NCBI GenBank assembly: GCA_021847575.1
Contig: JAJZQO010000001.1
Location: 31,415-95,414 of the forward strand
Length of the DNA stretch: 64,000 nt
From: Bacillota bacterium
Lineage (GTDB): Bacteria; Bacillota; Sulfobacillia; JAJZYS01; JAJYTV01
Reading direction: 5' to 3'
Below the pieces are notes generated by a model, which worked only from the letters and a program-made list of their open reading frames with translations, was not told the DNA's origin and searched no databases. The translations under genes were made by a program, and so were the position numbers. This document shows, piece after piece, positions 19,380 through 28,254 of the stretch; positions within the stretch are counted from its first letter, which is position 1, and each line of letters opens with the position of its first letter.

Positions 19380-19492
19380 GCCGAAGCATCGCATCGCCCG
19401 CTTTGGGTCACGATGTCACAGCCTTGGTGCACCATCGGTCACATGGCACGCCCGGACGGCGTGCCATGCTCTCGTCAGGGGAGGGGAAGCGA

Positions 19493-20671
19493 GTGATCCG
19501 CGATGTGACGAACGACGCCGAAGCGCGGATGCTGCGGGAGGTCGCCCATGAATTCGCCGTGCGCAACTTGCGCGCGGCGGGCGAAGAAGCGGACCGGACG
19601 GGCGAGACGCCCTGGCAGGCGGTGCGCGCGGCTGGCGAGATCGGCCTCTTGGCGGCCAACGTGCCTGCGTCCCACGGCGGGCCGGCCGTCCGCCCGACGG
19701 CGATGGCCGCAGTGATGGAGGAGCTCGGCTGGGGGAACTTCGGCATCGCAGCGACGATCGGTGCCGCTTCGCTCGTGGCCGAGGCCTTGATCCGCGAGGG
19801 CAGCGAGGAGCAGAAGCGGCGCTATCTCAGCCACCTCTGCGACGCAGAAAACCCGTGGGTCGGGGCCTTCGCCCTCACAGAGCCGGAGTCCGGCTCGGAG
19901 CTCGAGATCTCCCTGCCCGGGGCATCGCAGCACCTCGCCAGCTTCGCCGAGCGCACCCAGGACGGGTATCGCCTGCAGGGTGCGAAACGCTTCATCACCA
20001 ACGGCGGCAGGGCAGATCTGACGCTTCTCCTCGCCCGCAGCGGTCCCGAAAGGGACGGCGAGGGCTGGAGCCTCTTCCTGCTCGAGAAGGACACGGCCGG
20101 CCTGAAGGCGGGGCGGCAGATCCCCACCATGGGTCTGCGCGGTTCCTATACCGGGGAACTCTTGCTCGAGAACTGCGAGGTGCCCGAGGGGGCCAGACTA
20201 GGCAAGCCGGGCGACGGGCTCAGGATCGTGCTCGAGGTGCTGCAGGTTGCCCGCACCATGATCGCGTCGGCCGCGGTCGGGCTCGCACGGGCTGCGTTCG
20301 AGGCGGCGCGGGCCTACACGCTAGAGCGCAGGCAGTTCGGTCGGCCGATCCGCGAGCACCAGCTGGTCTCGGGTTCGCTCGCGCGGATGCGTCTCGACAT
20401 CGATGCCGCGCGCCTTCTGGTGCAGCGGGCGGCCCTGGATCTCGAAGCCGGGCGCGACGCCGCACTGAGCGCGGCGGAGGCCAAGCTCTTCGCGAGCGAG
20501 ATGGCGGTGCGCGTGACGCAGGATGCCCTGCAACTCCACGGCGGCTACGGCTTCACGCGGGAGCTGCCGCTCGAGATGTGGGTGCGCGACGCCATCGTCA
20601 GCCGCATCTTCTTCGGGACGAGCGAGATGCAGGTCCTCGAGATCGCGCACGGGGTCGACCGGGACTTCTAG
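19493..20671 (+). CDS. Acyl-CoA dehydrogenase
   Basis: FALTEPESGS, GAKRFITNG, RRQFGRPI, LQLHGGYG, IFFGTSEMQ. Confidence 0.9.
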   Translation: MIRDVTNDAEARMLREVAHEFAVRNLRAAGEEADRTGETPWQAVRAAGEIGLLAANVPASHGGPAVRPTAMAAVMEELGWGNFGIAATIGAASLVAEALIREGSEEQKRRYLSHLCDAENPWVGAFALTEPESGSELEISLPGASQHLASFAERTQDGYRLQGAKRFITNGGRADLTLLLARSGPERDGEGWSLFLLEKDTAGLKAGRQIPTMGLRGSYTGELLLENCEVPEGARLGKPGDGLRIVLEVLQVARTMIASAAVGLARAAFEAARAYTLERRQFGRPIREHQLVSGSLARMRLDIDAARLLVQRAALDLEAGRDAALSAAEAKLFASEMAVRVTQDALQLHGGYGFTRELPLEMWVRDAIVSRIFFGTSEMQVLEIAHGVDRDF

Positions 20672-20749
20672 CGCCAGGGCGAAGCCCCGCGGGCGGCGGC
20701 GAAAGCGCCCAGGGCCAACGGCCCGAAAACATATGGGAAGGTGAGATGG

Positions 20750-21208
20750 ATGGACCAGAACGAACGGGCGATCGCTAAGATCCGGACGCATCACGCGGCC
20801 TTGCTCCAGGGTCTTCGCGAGCGCTGCGAAGGGCTGCTCGGGGCGGCCGCGGCAGGCGGCGCGACGCAGGAGCCGCAAGGCGAGCTGCTCATGTACCTGA
20901 ACGGCGAGATCGTGCCGCACGCCGAGGCGGAGGAGGCCACGATCTACAAGCGCGGCCTTGAGGTGCCGGAGCTTGTCCTGCTGATCCAGGCGATGGTCGC
21001 CGAGCACGAACGCCTCCGCTCCCTGACAGGTGCCCTCAGGGCGGCCAGGCCGGCTGTGTCCGCGGCGGCGCTCGGGCTCGCCATCACGGAGCTTTTCGCG
21101 GTGCACGCCGACAAGGAGAACGACCTCCTGCTGCCAAGGCTGGCGCGCGAACCTGGCGTGAGCCTCCACGAGCTTCTGGGGGACATGCACGCCAAGCTGG
21201 AAGGCTGA
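20750..21208 (+). CDS. Hemerythrin/HHE domain protein
   Basis: HH, HAEAEE.TIY, EH, HADKENDLLLP iron-ligand pattern. Confidence 0.85.
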   Translation: MDQNERAIAKIRTHHAALLQGLRERCEGLLGAAAAGGATQEPQGELLMYLNGEIVPHAEAEEATIYKRGLEVPELVLLIQAMVAEHERLRSLTGALRAARPAVSAAALGLAITELFAVHADKENDLLLPRLAREPGVSLHELLGDMHAKLEG

Positions 21209-21317
21209 CGGTCTCGGCGAGGGCTTGGGATCTGCCCCGCGGAATCGTGCATCAGAGAGCCGGCGTGCCGGGCCTCGCCTGCGCGCAGTCACCGTCTTTT
21301 TGGGGAGGGGATTCGCC

Positions 21318-21776
21318 GTGGAAGCGAGGATCGATTACCGTACTGCGGCGCCTTTGGCGCTCAAAGCCATGCTGGGACTCGAGGAGTACGTGCGGGGAAG
21401 CGAGCTCGAGCCGGCGCTGCTTGAGCTCGTGCGCACGCGCGCGTCACAGCTGAACCGCTGCGGCTACTGCCTCGACATGCACACGAAGGACGCCCGCGCA
21501 GGTGGCGAGACGGAGCAGCGCCTCTATGCCCTGAGCGCCTGGCGCGAGACGCCTTTCTACTCGCCGCGCGAGCGTGCGGCGCTGGCCTGGACAGAGGCGC
21601 TCACGCTGATCTCGCAGGATCCCGTGTCGGACGAACTCTACGCCGAGGTACGCGCCGAGTTCGGCGAGAAGGAGCTTGTCGATCTCACGATGGCCATCGT
21701 CGCGATCAACGGTTGGAACCGCCTGGCCGTCGGCATGCGCACCGTGCCGGGCAGCTACCGGCGCAGGGATGGCTAG
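21318..21776 (+). CDS. Carboxymuconolactone decarboxylase/AhpD family protein
   Basis: ELVRTRASQLNRCGYCLDMH, RERAALAWTE, INGWNR. Confidence 0.9.
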   Translation: MEARIDYRTAAPLALKAMLGLEEYVRGSELEPALLELVRTRASQLNRCGYCLDMHTKDARAGGETEQRLYALSAWRETPFYSPRERAALAWTEALTLISQDPVSDELYAEVRAEFGEKELVDLTMAIVAINGWNRLAVGMRTVPGSYRRRDG

Positions 21777-21789
21777 GGGGCGGCGGAGC

Positions 21790-22230
21790 ATGTCCGAGGA
21801 TCTCGACTTCCGCATACAGGTGCGCTGGTCCGGCAGCGGGCGAAGCGGCCTCGGCACCATCTCCTCGGGCGGGCAGAGCATCACCTACTCGGCCCCGGCC
21901 GCCATGGGCGGACGGGGCACAGGCACAAGTCCCGAGGAACTCCTGATCGCCGCGGTCGGCTCATGCTACAGCGGTACCCTGGCGCGCATCCTGCAACAGC
22001 GCGGCCTGCCTGTGGACCGGCTCGACCTTGGCGCAAGCGGCGTTGTCACTGGCTACCCGGGCGACACCCGCTTCGCGCGCATCGTTGTCGAGCCATCCAT
22101 CGAGGGCGGCGACAACTCGCGCGTGCAGGAGTACCAGGAAGCCGCCGAGGCTGCCTGCAGGCGCTGCTTCATCGGCGGAACGCTCAAGGAGACAATCGAG
22201 TACACCGTAGGCGAGGTCCGCGTTTCCTGA
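21790..22230 (+). CDS. OsmC/Ohr family protein
   Basis: GTSPEELLIAAVGSCY and second Cys in CFIG. Confidence 0.85.
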   Translation: MSEDLDFRIQVRWSGSGRSGLGTISSGGQSITYSAPAAMGGRGTGTSPEELLIAAVGSCYSGTLARILQQRGLPVDRLDLGASGVVTGYPGDTRFARIVVEPSIEGGDNSRVQEYQEAAEAACRRCFIGGTLKETIEYTVGEVRVS

Positions 22231-22266
22231 AGGCCCGGCATCCAGCGCGGAGGCCCTCCGTCGGGA

Positions 22267-23361
22267 TCAGGCATGGGGCAGCCGTATCCACCGGACGCCG
22301 GCCGGCGTGACGTAGGTCAGGAGGTCGCCGTAGAGCTCAGGCATGAAGCCCGGGATCCGATAGAGCTGGTCGGTGCGCAGGTCGAGCAGCTCGGACCGCT
22401 GTGCCCACCAGCTGATGTAGCCGTTGCCGATGCTCGGGTTCGAGGGATAGTCTCCCGGCGCGGTGATTCTGATCATCGTGCGGTCCTCGCGCAGATAGAG
22501 TCCCTCGTCGACGCCGAAGTCCTCGGTGAAGGCGAGGCCACCAGGTCCCCGCACCACCGACGTGAGCACCCCGGAAGTGCGCCAGAGCGTGTGCGGTTTC
22601 CCGCCGGTCAGCGGGACCGACACGATCTCGCCCTGCACAGGGTCGGCGGGATCGGCCGGCTTGATTGCGAGGTAGGCGTGGCTCTTGCCCGTGTCGAGCG
22701 CGATCACGTCGAGCGAGGAACGATCGCTCGCCTTGCGGTACAGGTCCCGGCACGCGTAAGTCCGGAGGTCGCAGGCGACGACACTCGTCAGATCGTTGCC
22801 GCCCTCGGTGCGCGTATTCAGGAAGATCAACTCGTGCCCGACGAAGTGGAACGAGGTATCGATGCTGCCACGGTCTTCTGGCGGCAGGCGGAGCAACCTC
22901 GCCGGACCTCCCGAAAGCGGCTCAAGTTGCACGGGAGCGTCGCGCGGACCGGACTCCGGCCCCACCTGGAAGGCGACGCCGTCCAGACCCACCGCCGCCG
23001 AGGTGGCGATGTCGCGATGCTTACCTGGAGAGATCGAAACGATCAGGCCTTCACTGCCCGTCGCCGGCTCGCCGAAGTAGAGCCCGTCCGCCGGACCATT
23101 CCGGCTTGGCAGGACGCTCAGGAGCACGCCCTTGCCAGGCAGGTATCCCGCAGCCGCCTGGCCGACGCCCGCAAAGAGCCCCTTGGGCCAGGCGGAGGGC
23201 AGGTTTTGCGGCCTGAGCGCGCGGTAGAGATTGATGACGTCCGCGGGCGGCGCAGGTCCTGCGGAGGGCAGAAAGGTCGGTTCGGGATAGGTTTTGCAGC
23301 CGCTGAGCAGGAGGCCGAGCATGGCGGTCAGCGCGAGCCGCGGCAGGATGCCCCGCGTCAT
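22267..23361 (-). CDS. Hypothetical lipoprotein, probable beta-propeller
   Basis: Signal peptide with lipobox LLSGC; GGGAGGT RBS; repeated short beta-strand-like segments. Confidence 0.65.
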   Translation of the reverse strand: MTRGILPRLALTAMLGLLLSGCKTYPEPTFLPSAGPAPPADVINLYRALRPQNLPSAWPKGLFAGVGQAAAGYLPGKGVLLSVLPSRNGPADGLYFGEPATGSEGLIVSISPGKHRDIATSAAVGLDGVAFQVGPESGPRDAPVQLEPLSGGPARLLRLPPEDRGSIDTSFHFVGHELIFLNTRTEGGNDLTSVVACDLRTYACRDLYRKASDRSSLDVIALDTGKSHAYLAIKPADPADPVQGEIVSVPLTGGKPHTLWRTSGVLTSVVRGPGGLAFTEDFGVDEGLYLREDRTMIRITAPGDYPSNPSIGNGYISWWAQRSELLDLRTDQLYRIPGFMPELYGDLLTYVTPAGVRWIRLPHA

Positions 23362-23581
23362 GGCGATGGCACCTCCCTTGCAACCGCACTTTAGCATCTC
23401 GCATGGCCATCGCGAGGGAACTGGATCACACCGAAGAAGGTCATACGGACATCGGTTTGACTGCAAGATCGGAAGCGACCTTGCCGAGGTTGCAACGCAG
23501 GCAGCGTGTCGCCGAGACGTTGCAGTGCTGTCCATGCCGCACTTCCGCCGTGCAGACGGAAGCGGGAGGACCCGCCGGAGA

Positions 23582-23755
23582 CTACCGGCGCATGATGGCG
23601 CGGATCAAGGCCTTCAGCCATTCCGGACCGCGGCGCGGCGCGGCATCGACATCGTCGGGAGCCACCAGCTCCTGCTTTTCGCGCTGCCTCTGTTCCAGCA
23701 GGAGCTCTTCCGCCTGCAGCGTGTCGAATTCACGGGACCTGTCGAAGCCGGTCAT
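23582..23755 (-). CDS. Small hypothetical protein (57 aa)
   Basis: GAGGTG RBS before ATG; MTGFDRSREFDTLQAEELLLEQRQ...; GC3-rich codons. Confidence 0.5.
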   Translation of the reverse strand: MTGFDRSREFDTLQAEELLLEQRQREKQELVAPDDVDAAPRRGPEWLKALIRAIMRR

Positions 23756-23929
23756 CCGGATCACCTCGTCCCGGACGGCGCCACGCCGCCCCTCTTTGGC
23801 CAGAGGATAGATGGAGCCGCCAGGAGTTGCAAGTTTCCCGGCGCCGGGGAGCGTGTGGCCGCAAGGTGGTCGTATCCTGGTGCCGCAGGACATCTCGTGC
23901 TACGTTCATTGCGGGAAGGGGTGCAGTCG

Positions 23930-24628
23930 TTGGTCCATCCGCAGGCTCCCGCGGCATCGGCCGCCCTGGCCGAGGTGACGCCGTTTGCCGAACTGCCCGG
24001 GGCGACGCTGGCCCGGCTTGCCGATATCACGAGCATCCGGCGCTATCGCAAGGACATGTACATATTCGGCGAGGGCGAGCCGGCGGAGATGCTCTGCTTC
24101 GTGCACCGCGGCGTCGTGAAGGTGTTCAAGACCACGTCGGACGGCCAGGAGCAGACGCTGCACCTCTTGCAGCAGAACGAACTCTTCGCCGTGACGGGGT
24201 TTGTCGTCGGGGGCATCTACCCGGGCACGGCGCAGACGCTCGAGGACAGCTGGGTCGGCTGCATCCGCAACCAGGCCCTGCGCGGGCTGGCGCAGAGCGA
24301 TGTCTCGCTCGCATGGTCCCTGCTCGCCTTTTTCGCACGCCGCCTCACCGGCACCTCGCAGCAGGTGCTGGACCTCGGCACGCGCGACACGGCGGGACGA
24401 CTTGCGGCCGCGCTCTTGCAACTCGCCGGGGTCCGGGACCGCAGCATGGGCAAGCACGTCAGGGTGGGGCTGCAGGTGACGCATCGGGAACTCGCGCAGC
24501 TCATAGGCGCGTCGCGCGAGACGGTGACGCGCCTCCTGGGCGAGTTCCGCCAGGAGGGCAGCATCTTCGTCGATGCGGACGGCCATCTCGAGATCACGCC
24601 CGAACTTCTGCAGAGCCGGCTCGATTAG
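23930..24628 (+). CDS. Crp/Fnr family transcriptional regulator
   Basis: cNMP-fold IFGEGE...GVVKVFK; HTH THRELAQLIGASRETVTRLL. Confidence 0.9.
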   Translation: MVHPQAPAASAALAEVTPFAELPGATLARLADITSIRRYRKDMYIFGEGEPAEMLCFVHRGVVKVFKTTSDGQEQTLHLLQQNELFAVTGFVVGGIYPGTAQTLEDSWVGCIRNQALRGLAQSDVSLAWSLLAFFARRLTGTSQQVLDLGTRDTAGRLAAALLQLAGVRDRSMGKHVRVGLQVTHRELAQLIGASRETVTRLLGEFRQEGSIFVDADGHLEITPELLQSRLD

Positions 24629-24634
24629 CGGCTT

Positions 24635-24946
24635 TCAGCCCATGCCGAGCTCCTCGCGCGCGTAATCGTTCATCATGCGCGGATCCCAGGGCGGGGAGAA
24701 GACCAGTTGCACCCGCACGTCGCTGACCCCGAGCGGCAGCATCGCGCGCTCGATCGAGCGTCCGATGATCGCGTGCAGGGGGCAGCCGGGCGTCGTCAAA
24801 GTCATTGTGACGTCGACGACGCCGTCGTCCGTCACGTCGAGGCTGTAGACGAGGCCGAGCGAGACGATGTCGACGCCGAGCTCGGGGTCCATGACTTCGC
24901 GCAGGACGTCGACCACCTCGGCCTTGGTCGGTGCCGGGCCGGTCAT
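24635..24946 (-). CDS. DUF59 (SufT/PaaD-like) Fe-S assembly protein
   Basis: DPELGVDIVSLGLVY, MTLTTPGCP, PPW. Confidence 0.9.
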   Translation of the reverse strand: MTGPAPTKAEVVDVLREVMDPELGVDIVSLGLVYSLDVTDDGVVDVTMTLTTPGCPLHAIIGRSIERAMLPLGVSDVRVQLVFSPPWDPRMMNDYAREELGMG

Positions 24947-25179
24947 GAGCCCGGGGTCCGCGTGAAGCGCACGCGGTAGTCGCCGCCGCCGAGCGACTCG
25001 GTCGTGTGGCTGAAGCCCTTCGCGCCGAGAACACCGAAAAGAGGCACCGGCTCGAACGGCGCCAACAGGACGAGCTCCTCGTCCACCTCGAGTTCCGCCA
25101 CAGCCTGCATGATATCGTCAAAGGGTTCGCCACCGGCCCGGATCGTCGCGCGGACGTCGAGCAGGCGTTCCTTCGCCAT
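24943..25179 (-). CDS. DUF2249 domain protein
   Basis: LDVR...GGEPFDDIMQAV...APFEPVPLF. Confidence 0.8.
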   Translation of the reverse strand: MAKERLLDVRATIRAGGEPFDDIMQAVAELEVDEELVLLAPFEPVPLFGVLGAKGFSHTTESLGGGDYRVRFTRTPGS

Positions 25180-25244
25180 TTCGCCACCTCCGCTCGGAGT
25201 CTTGCGAATCTGCCCTGAGACTAGTCGGCCGACGGTGCGTGGAT

Positions 25245-25260
25245 TGTGTCCTGCGACACC
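25245..25260. promoter_or_regulatory. Candidate Crp/Fnr-family site in divergent promoter
   Basis: TGTGT-CCTGCG-ACACC dyad with N6 spacer between the two divergent DUF2249 genes. Confidence 0.45.
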
Positions 25261-25342
25261 AAGACGCGGCTCGTCCGTCACAGCACGCCAGGGCCGGGCA
25301 CGCTACGCTCGTGGCGATCGAGTTCGCGAAGGAGGGTATAGC

Positions 25343-25579
25343 ATGCCTGGTGACCAGACCCTTGACGTGCGCCAGATGGCTCCCGCGCAACGCCATGGCA
25401 CGATTTTCAGCATGTTCGATCAGTTGAAGCCGGGTCAAGGCTTCGAGCTTGTCAACGACCACGACCCCAAGCCTCTCTACTACCAGTTCTCTGCCGAGCA
25501 TGCCGGACAGTTCGAGTGGTCGTATCTCGAGCAGGGTCCGGAAGTCTGGCGGGTGCGCATCGGCCGCACGCAGAACTAG
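25343..25579 (+). CDS. DUF2249 domain protein
   Basis: LDVRQMAPAQRH..IF..FD.L, NDHDPKPLYYQF, EQGPEVWRVRI. Confidence 0.9.
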   Translation: MPGDQTLDVRQMAPAQRHGTIFSMFDQLKPGQGFELVNDHDPKPLYYQFSAEHAGQFEWSYLEQGPEVWRVRIGRTQN

Positions 25580-25582
25580 ACT

Positions 25583-26842
25583 ATGCTGCCGATGGCGCCG
25601 GGCGGCGCCGATGTGCGACTGCCGCTCGCGCATCTTGCCTTCGGCCTTCTGGCGAGCGTGGTGCTGGCGGCGTGCCTGCTCGAGCCCGGCTGGGCCACAT
25701 ACGGTCTGCCGGGCTCGACGTCGACCGTCGTGCTGACGCATCTTTTCACGCTCGGCTGGGTGACGGCCACCACGATGGGGGCGATGCTGATGATCGTGCC
25801 GGTGGCCGGCGTGGCCAAAGTGCCGGCGGGACGGTTTGCGCTGCTCGTCCCAGGCGCGACTTTGCCCGGCATCGTGCTGATGCTCCTCGGTTTCGGCCTG
25901 GGCCTGAATTCGCTCCTGGCCGTGGGCGGCAGCCTTGTCGTGATCGGCGTGCTGGCCTTCTACCTGATCCTCTGGCGCACGGTGGCGGGGGTGACCGTAC
26001 CGTCCCCGACCCCCGCCGGAGCGCTCATCGCATCCTCCTTTCTCGTGCTTACCGTCCTGCTCGGCCTGACCGAGGCCCTGAACCTGAGCTACGGCTTCTG
26101 GCAGTTCCCCTTCATGCGTTTCCTGGCGCTCCACGCAGCCCTTGGCGGCTTCGGCTGGGTCGCGTTCGCCATACTCGCTGTAAGCTACAAGCTGGTCGCG
26201 ATGTTCACCCTGTCGCACGAGCACGAACGCTATCCCAAGGCCGTCTTCGCGCTTTGGGGCCTGGCTGTGCTCTGGGCGGGCGCCATGGCGATCTGGGGCA
26301 CCGACGCCCTCGCGGCGCTGGCCGCGCTGCCGGCGCTCGCCGCCTACGCCCTCTTTATCGCGGACATGCGCCTGCTGCTTTCGGCCAGGCAGCGACCGAT
26401 CGAGCCGGGCATCCAGCAGGCGATCGTGAGCTGGATCGTGCTCGGCATCCTTCTGGTTGCCATTCCGCTGCAGCTTCTCGGCGTCTTCCAGGTCTCGATC
26501 TTCGCCTTCGCCTGGCTTTTCGTCTTCGGCTTTGCCGGGGCGAACCTCTGGGGCTTCCTGTTCAAGATAGCGCCGTTTCTCATCTGGTTTCACAGCTACG
26601 CCGAACTCGCCCCGGGCAGGCGGGCGCCGAAGCTGACCGAAATGGTCGGTCCCAGGTACCTGCGTGCCGGTAGCTGGCTGCTTTACCCTGCGATCCCGCT
26701 CGGCGCGATCGGCCTCGCGGCAGGGTATCCGCTCGCCGTTCAGGCGGCAGACCTGCTCGCGCTCCTCGCCGCTCTCGCCTTCGCCGCGTCGGGCTGGCGC
26801 CTTACGGTCCACTATCTCGGCCGGGCGCAGGCGGGCCGGTGA
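25583..26842 (+). CDS. Polytopic His-containing membrane protein of unknown function
   Basis: About 12 TM helices; LTHLFTLG, LHAALGGFGW, KIAPFLIW, APKL. Confidence 0.75.
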   Translation: MLPMAPGGADVRLPLAHLAFGLLASVVLAACLLEPGWATYGLPGSTSTVVLTHLFTLGWVTATTMGAMLMIVPVAGVAKVPAGRFALLVPGATLPGIVLMLLGFGLGLNSLLAVGGSLVVIGVLAFYLILWRTVAGVTVPSPTPAGALIASSFLVLTVLLGLTEALNLSYGFWQFPFMRFLALHAALGGFGWVAFAILAVSYKLVAMFTLSHEHERYPKAVFALWGLAVLWAGAMAIWGTDALAALAALPALAAYALFIADMRLLLSARQRPIEPGIQQAIVSWIVLGILLVAIPLQLLGVFQVSIFAFAWLFVFGFAGANLWGFLFKIAPFLIWFHSYAELAPGRRAPKLTEMVGPRYLRAGSWLLYPAIPLGAIGLAAGYPLAVQAADLLALLAALAFAASGWRLTVHYLGRAQAGR

Positions 26843-28041
26843 ACAGCTCGCCCCTGATCGTCACGCCGCGCACCGCGCCGCCGCCGCACGTCGTGCTGCG
26901 CCCGATCGCGGCAGGCCTGGGGGCGCTGATTCTCGCGGGGAGCTGGGTGGCATGGCTTGGCCTGCCGACGGGCACTCCGCTCCTCTCGCTCATCCACCTG
27001 GGCTTTGTCGCAGGTCTCCTCACCTTGGCGAGCGCCGCCGCGACCCAGCTCGGAGCGGCGACCACAGGCCAGTCCCATCCGCGGCCGGGGCTGCTCGGCG
27101 GCTTCGCACTCGGGGTTCCGGCCGGGGGCGCGCTGCTCAGCGCGGGCTTCGCATTTGGCGCGCCAGTCCTTCTGGCCATAGGCGGGGCCTTGGCCTTCAC
27201 GGGCGTTGCCTTTGTCTTCGGCCACGCGCTGCGCCGGATCGGACGAAGCGGGTCCCTGCGCCCGCTTCACGTCGGCCTCCTGCTCGGCCTCGTCGGCTTC
27301 CTGGCTGCGGCCGCCATGGGGTTTGCAATGGCGCTGGGCCTCACCCTCGGACACCCGTCGCTCCTCGGGCTCCTGCCCTGGCACCTCGCACTCGCCCTCG
27401 GCGCCGGCTTCGGTGCCTTGCTCGCGGGCGTCTCGTGGCAGCTTCTGCCGATGTTCGGGCGTGCCCGCCAGGTGCAGGGTCCACTCGGCTATTTGCCGGC
27501 TGGGGCGTTCGCCGCGGCGGCCTTGCTCGGCGCCATCGCCTGGGGGCGGATCGGCATTGGGGCTGCGTGGCTCCTGGCGATTGCGGCGGCCATACACCTT
27601 GCGATCACCGTGTGGTCCCTGGCGCGCGGCGCAGGCGCAAAACTGCCGCCCTTCACAGGGCTCGCCCATCTCGCATCCGCCGCACTGCTCTGCCTGGCCA
27701 CGCTGCTCTTCGTCAGGGGTCTCTACGGCGACGCGCTGCTGGCCGCGTTCGGCGGCTACACCATCGCGATCCTGGGCTATCTCGAGCGCATCCTGCCCTT
27801 CATCGTGTTCGAGGCCCACCTCAACCGCCGCACCGGGCGGACGAAGGTACCGAAGCTGCAGGACATCCTGCCCGCTAAAGGCCGCCATGTCCTGCTTGCC
27901 GCATACCTCGCGGCACTCGTGCTGGCTTTGGCCTCCAGCTGGGGGGTCCGTCTCTTCGGCGTCGCCCTTGCTCTCATGGCCCTGCGCCTCCTTCTTGCCC
28001 TGCGGAACCTACCGCCAGGCACTTCAGGATCCGCAGAATGA
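26839..28041 (+). CDS. Polytopic membrane protein, paralog of the preceding gene
   Basis: GTGA overlap; IHLGFVAG, WHLALALG, QLLPMF, RILPFIVF, VPKL. Confidence 0.75.
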   Translation: MNSSPLIVTPRTAPPPHVVLRPIAAGLGALILAGSWVAWLGLPTGTPLLSLIHLGFVAGLLTLASAAATQLGAATTGQSHPRPGLLGGFALGVPAGGALLSAGFAFGAPVLLAIGGALAFTGVAFVFGHALRRIGRSGSLRPLHVGLLLGLVGFLAAAAMGFAMALGLTLGHPSLLGLLPWHLALALGAGFGALLAGVSWQLLPMFGRARQVQGPLGYLPAGAFAAAALLGAIAWGRIGIGAAWLLAIAAAIHLAITVWSLARGAGAKLPPFTGLAHLASAALLCLATLLFVRGLYGDALLAAFGGYTIAILGYLERILPFIVFEAHLNRRTGRTKVPKLQDILPAKGRHVLLAAYLAALVLALASSWGVRLFGVALALMALRLLLALRNLPPGTSGSAE

Positions 28042-28254
28042 AGACCGCAATATTTACGGTTTGGCAAGGCAAAGAGGGATAGGTTACCTGTGATGGTGCC
28101 CCATGGGGACTGCTTTAGGTTCTTCGGCTCTTCATGATAAAAGGAACTTTCCGACCGAGGGCGAACTCTCGCATCTGTATTTTCTACTTCCTGTCTCGTT
28201 ATCGGAATGAGGGGCCATCGCAGTTGCGGGGGGGCGAACTGCTTCTTTCCCCAC

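Noticed and set aside
19400-19445. TCACA half-sites as a Crp/Fnr box
   Set aside because: No matching TGTGA half at N6 spacing
28060-28130. GGCAAA upstream of the EAL gene as a c-di-GMP-I riboswitch
   Set aside because: No GNRA-capped P2 or second GCAAA/P3 element follows
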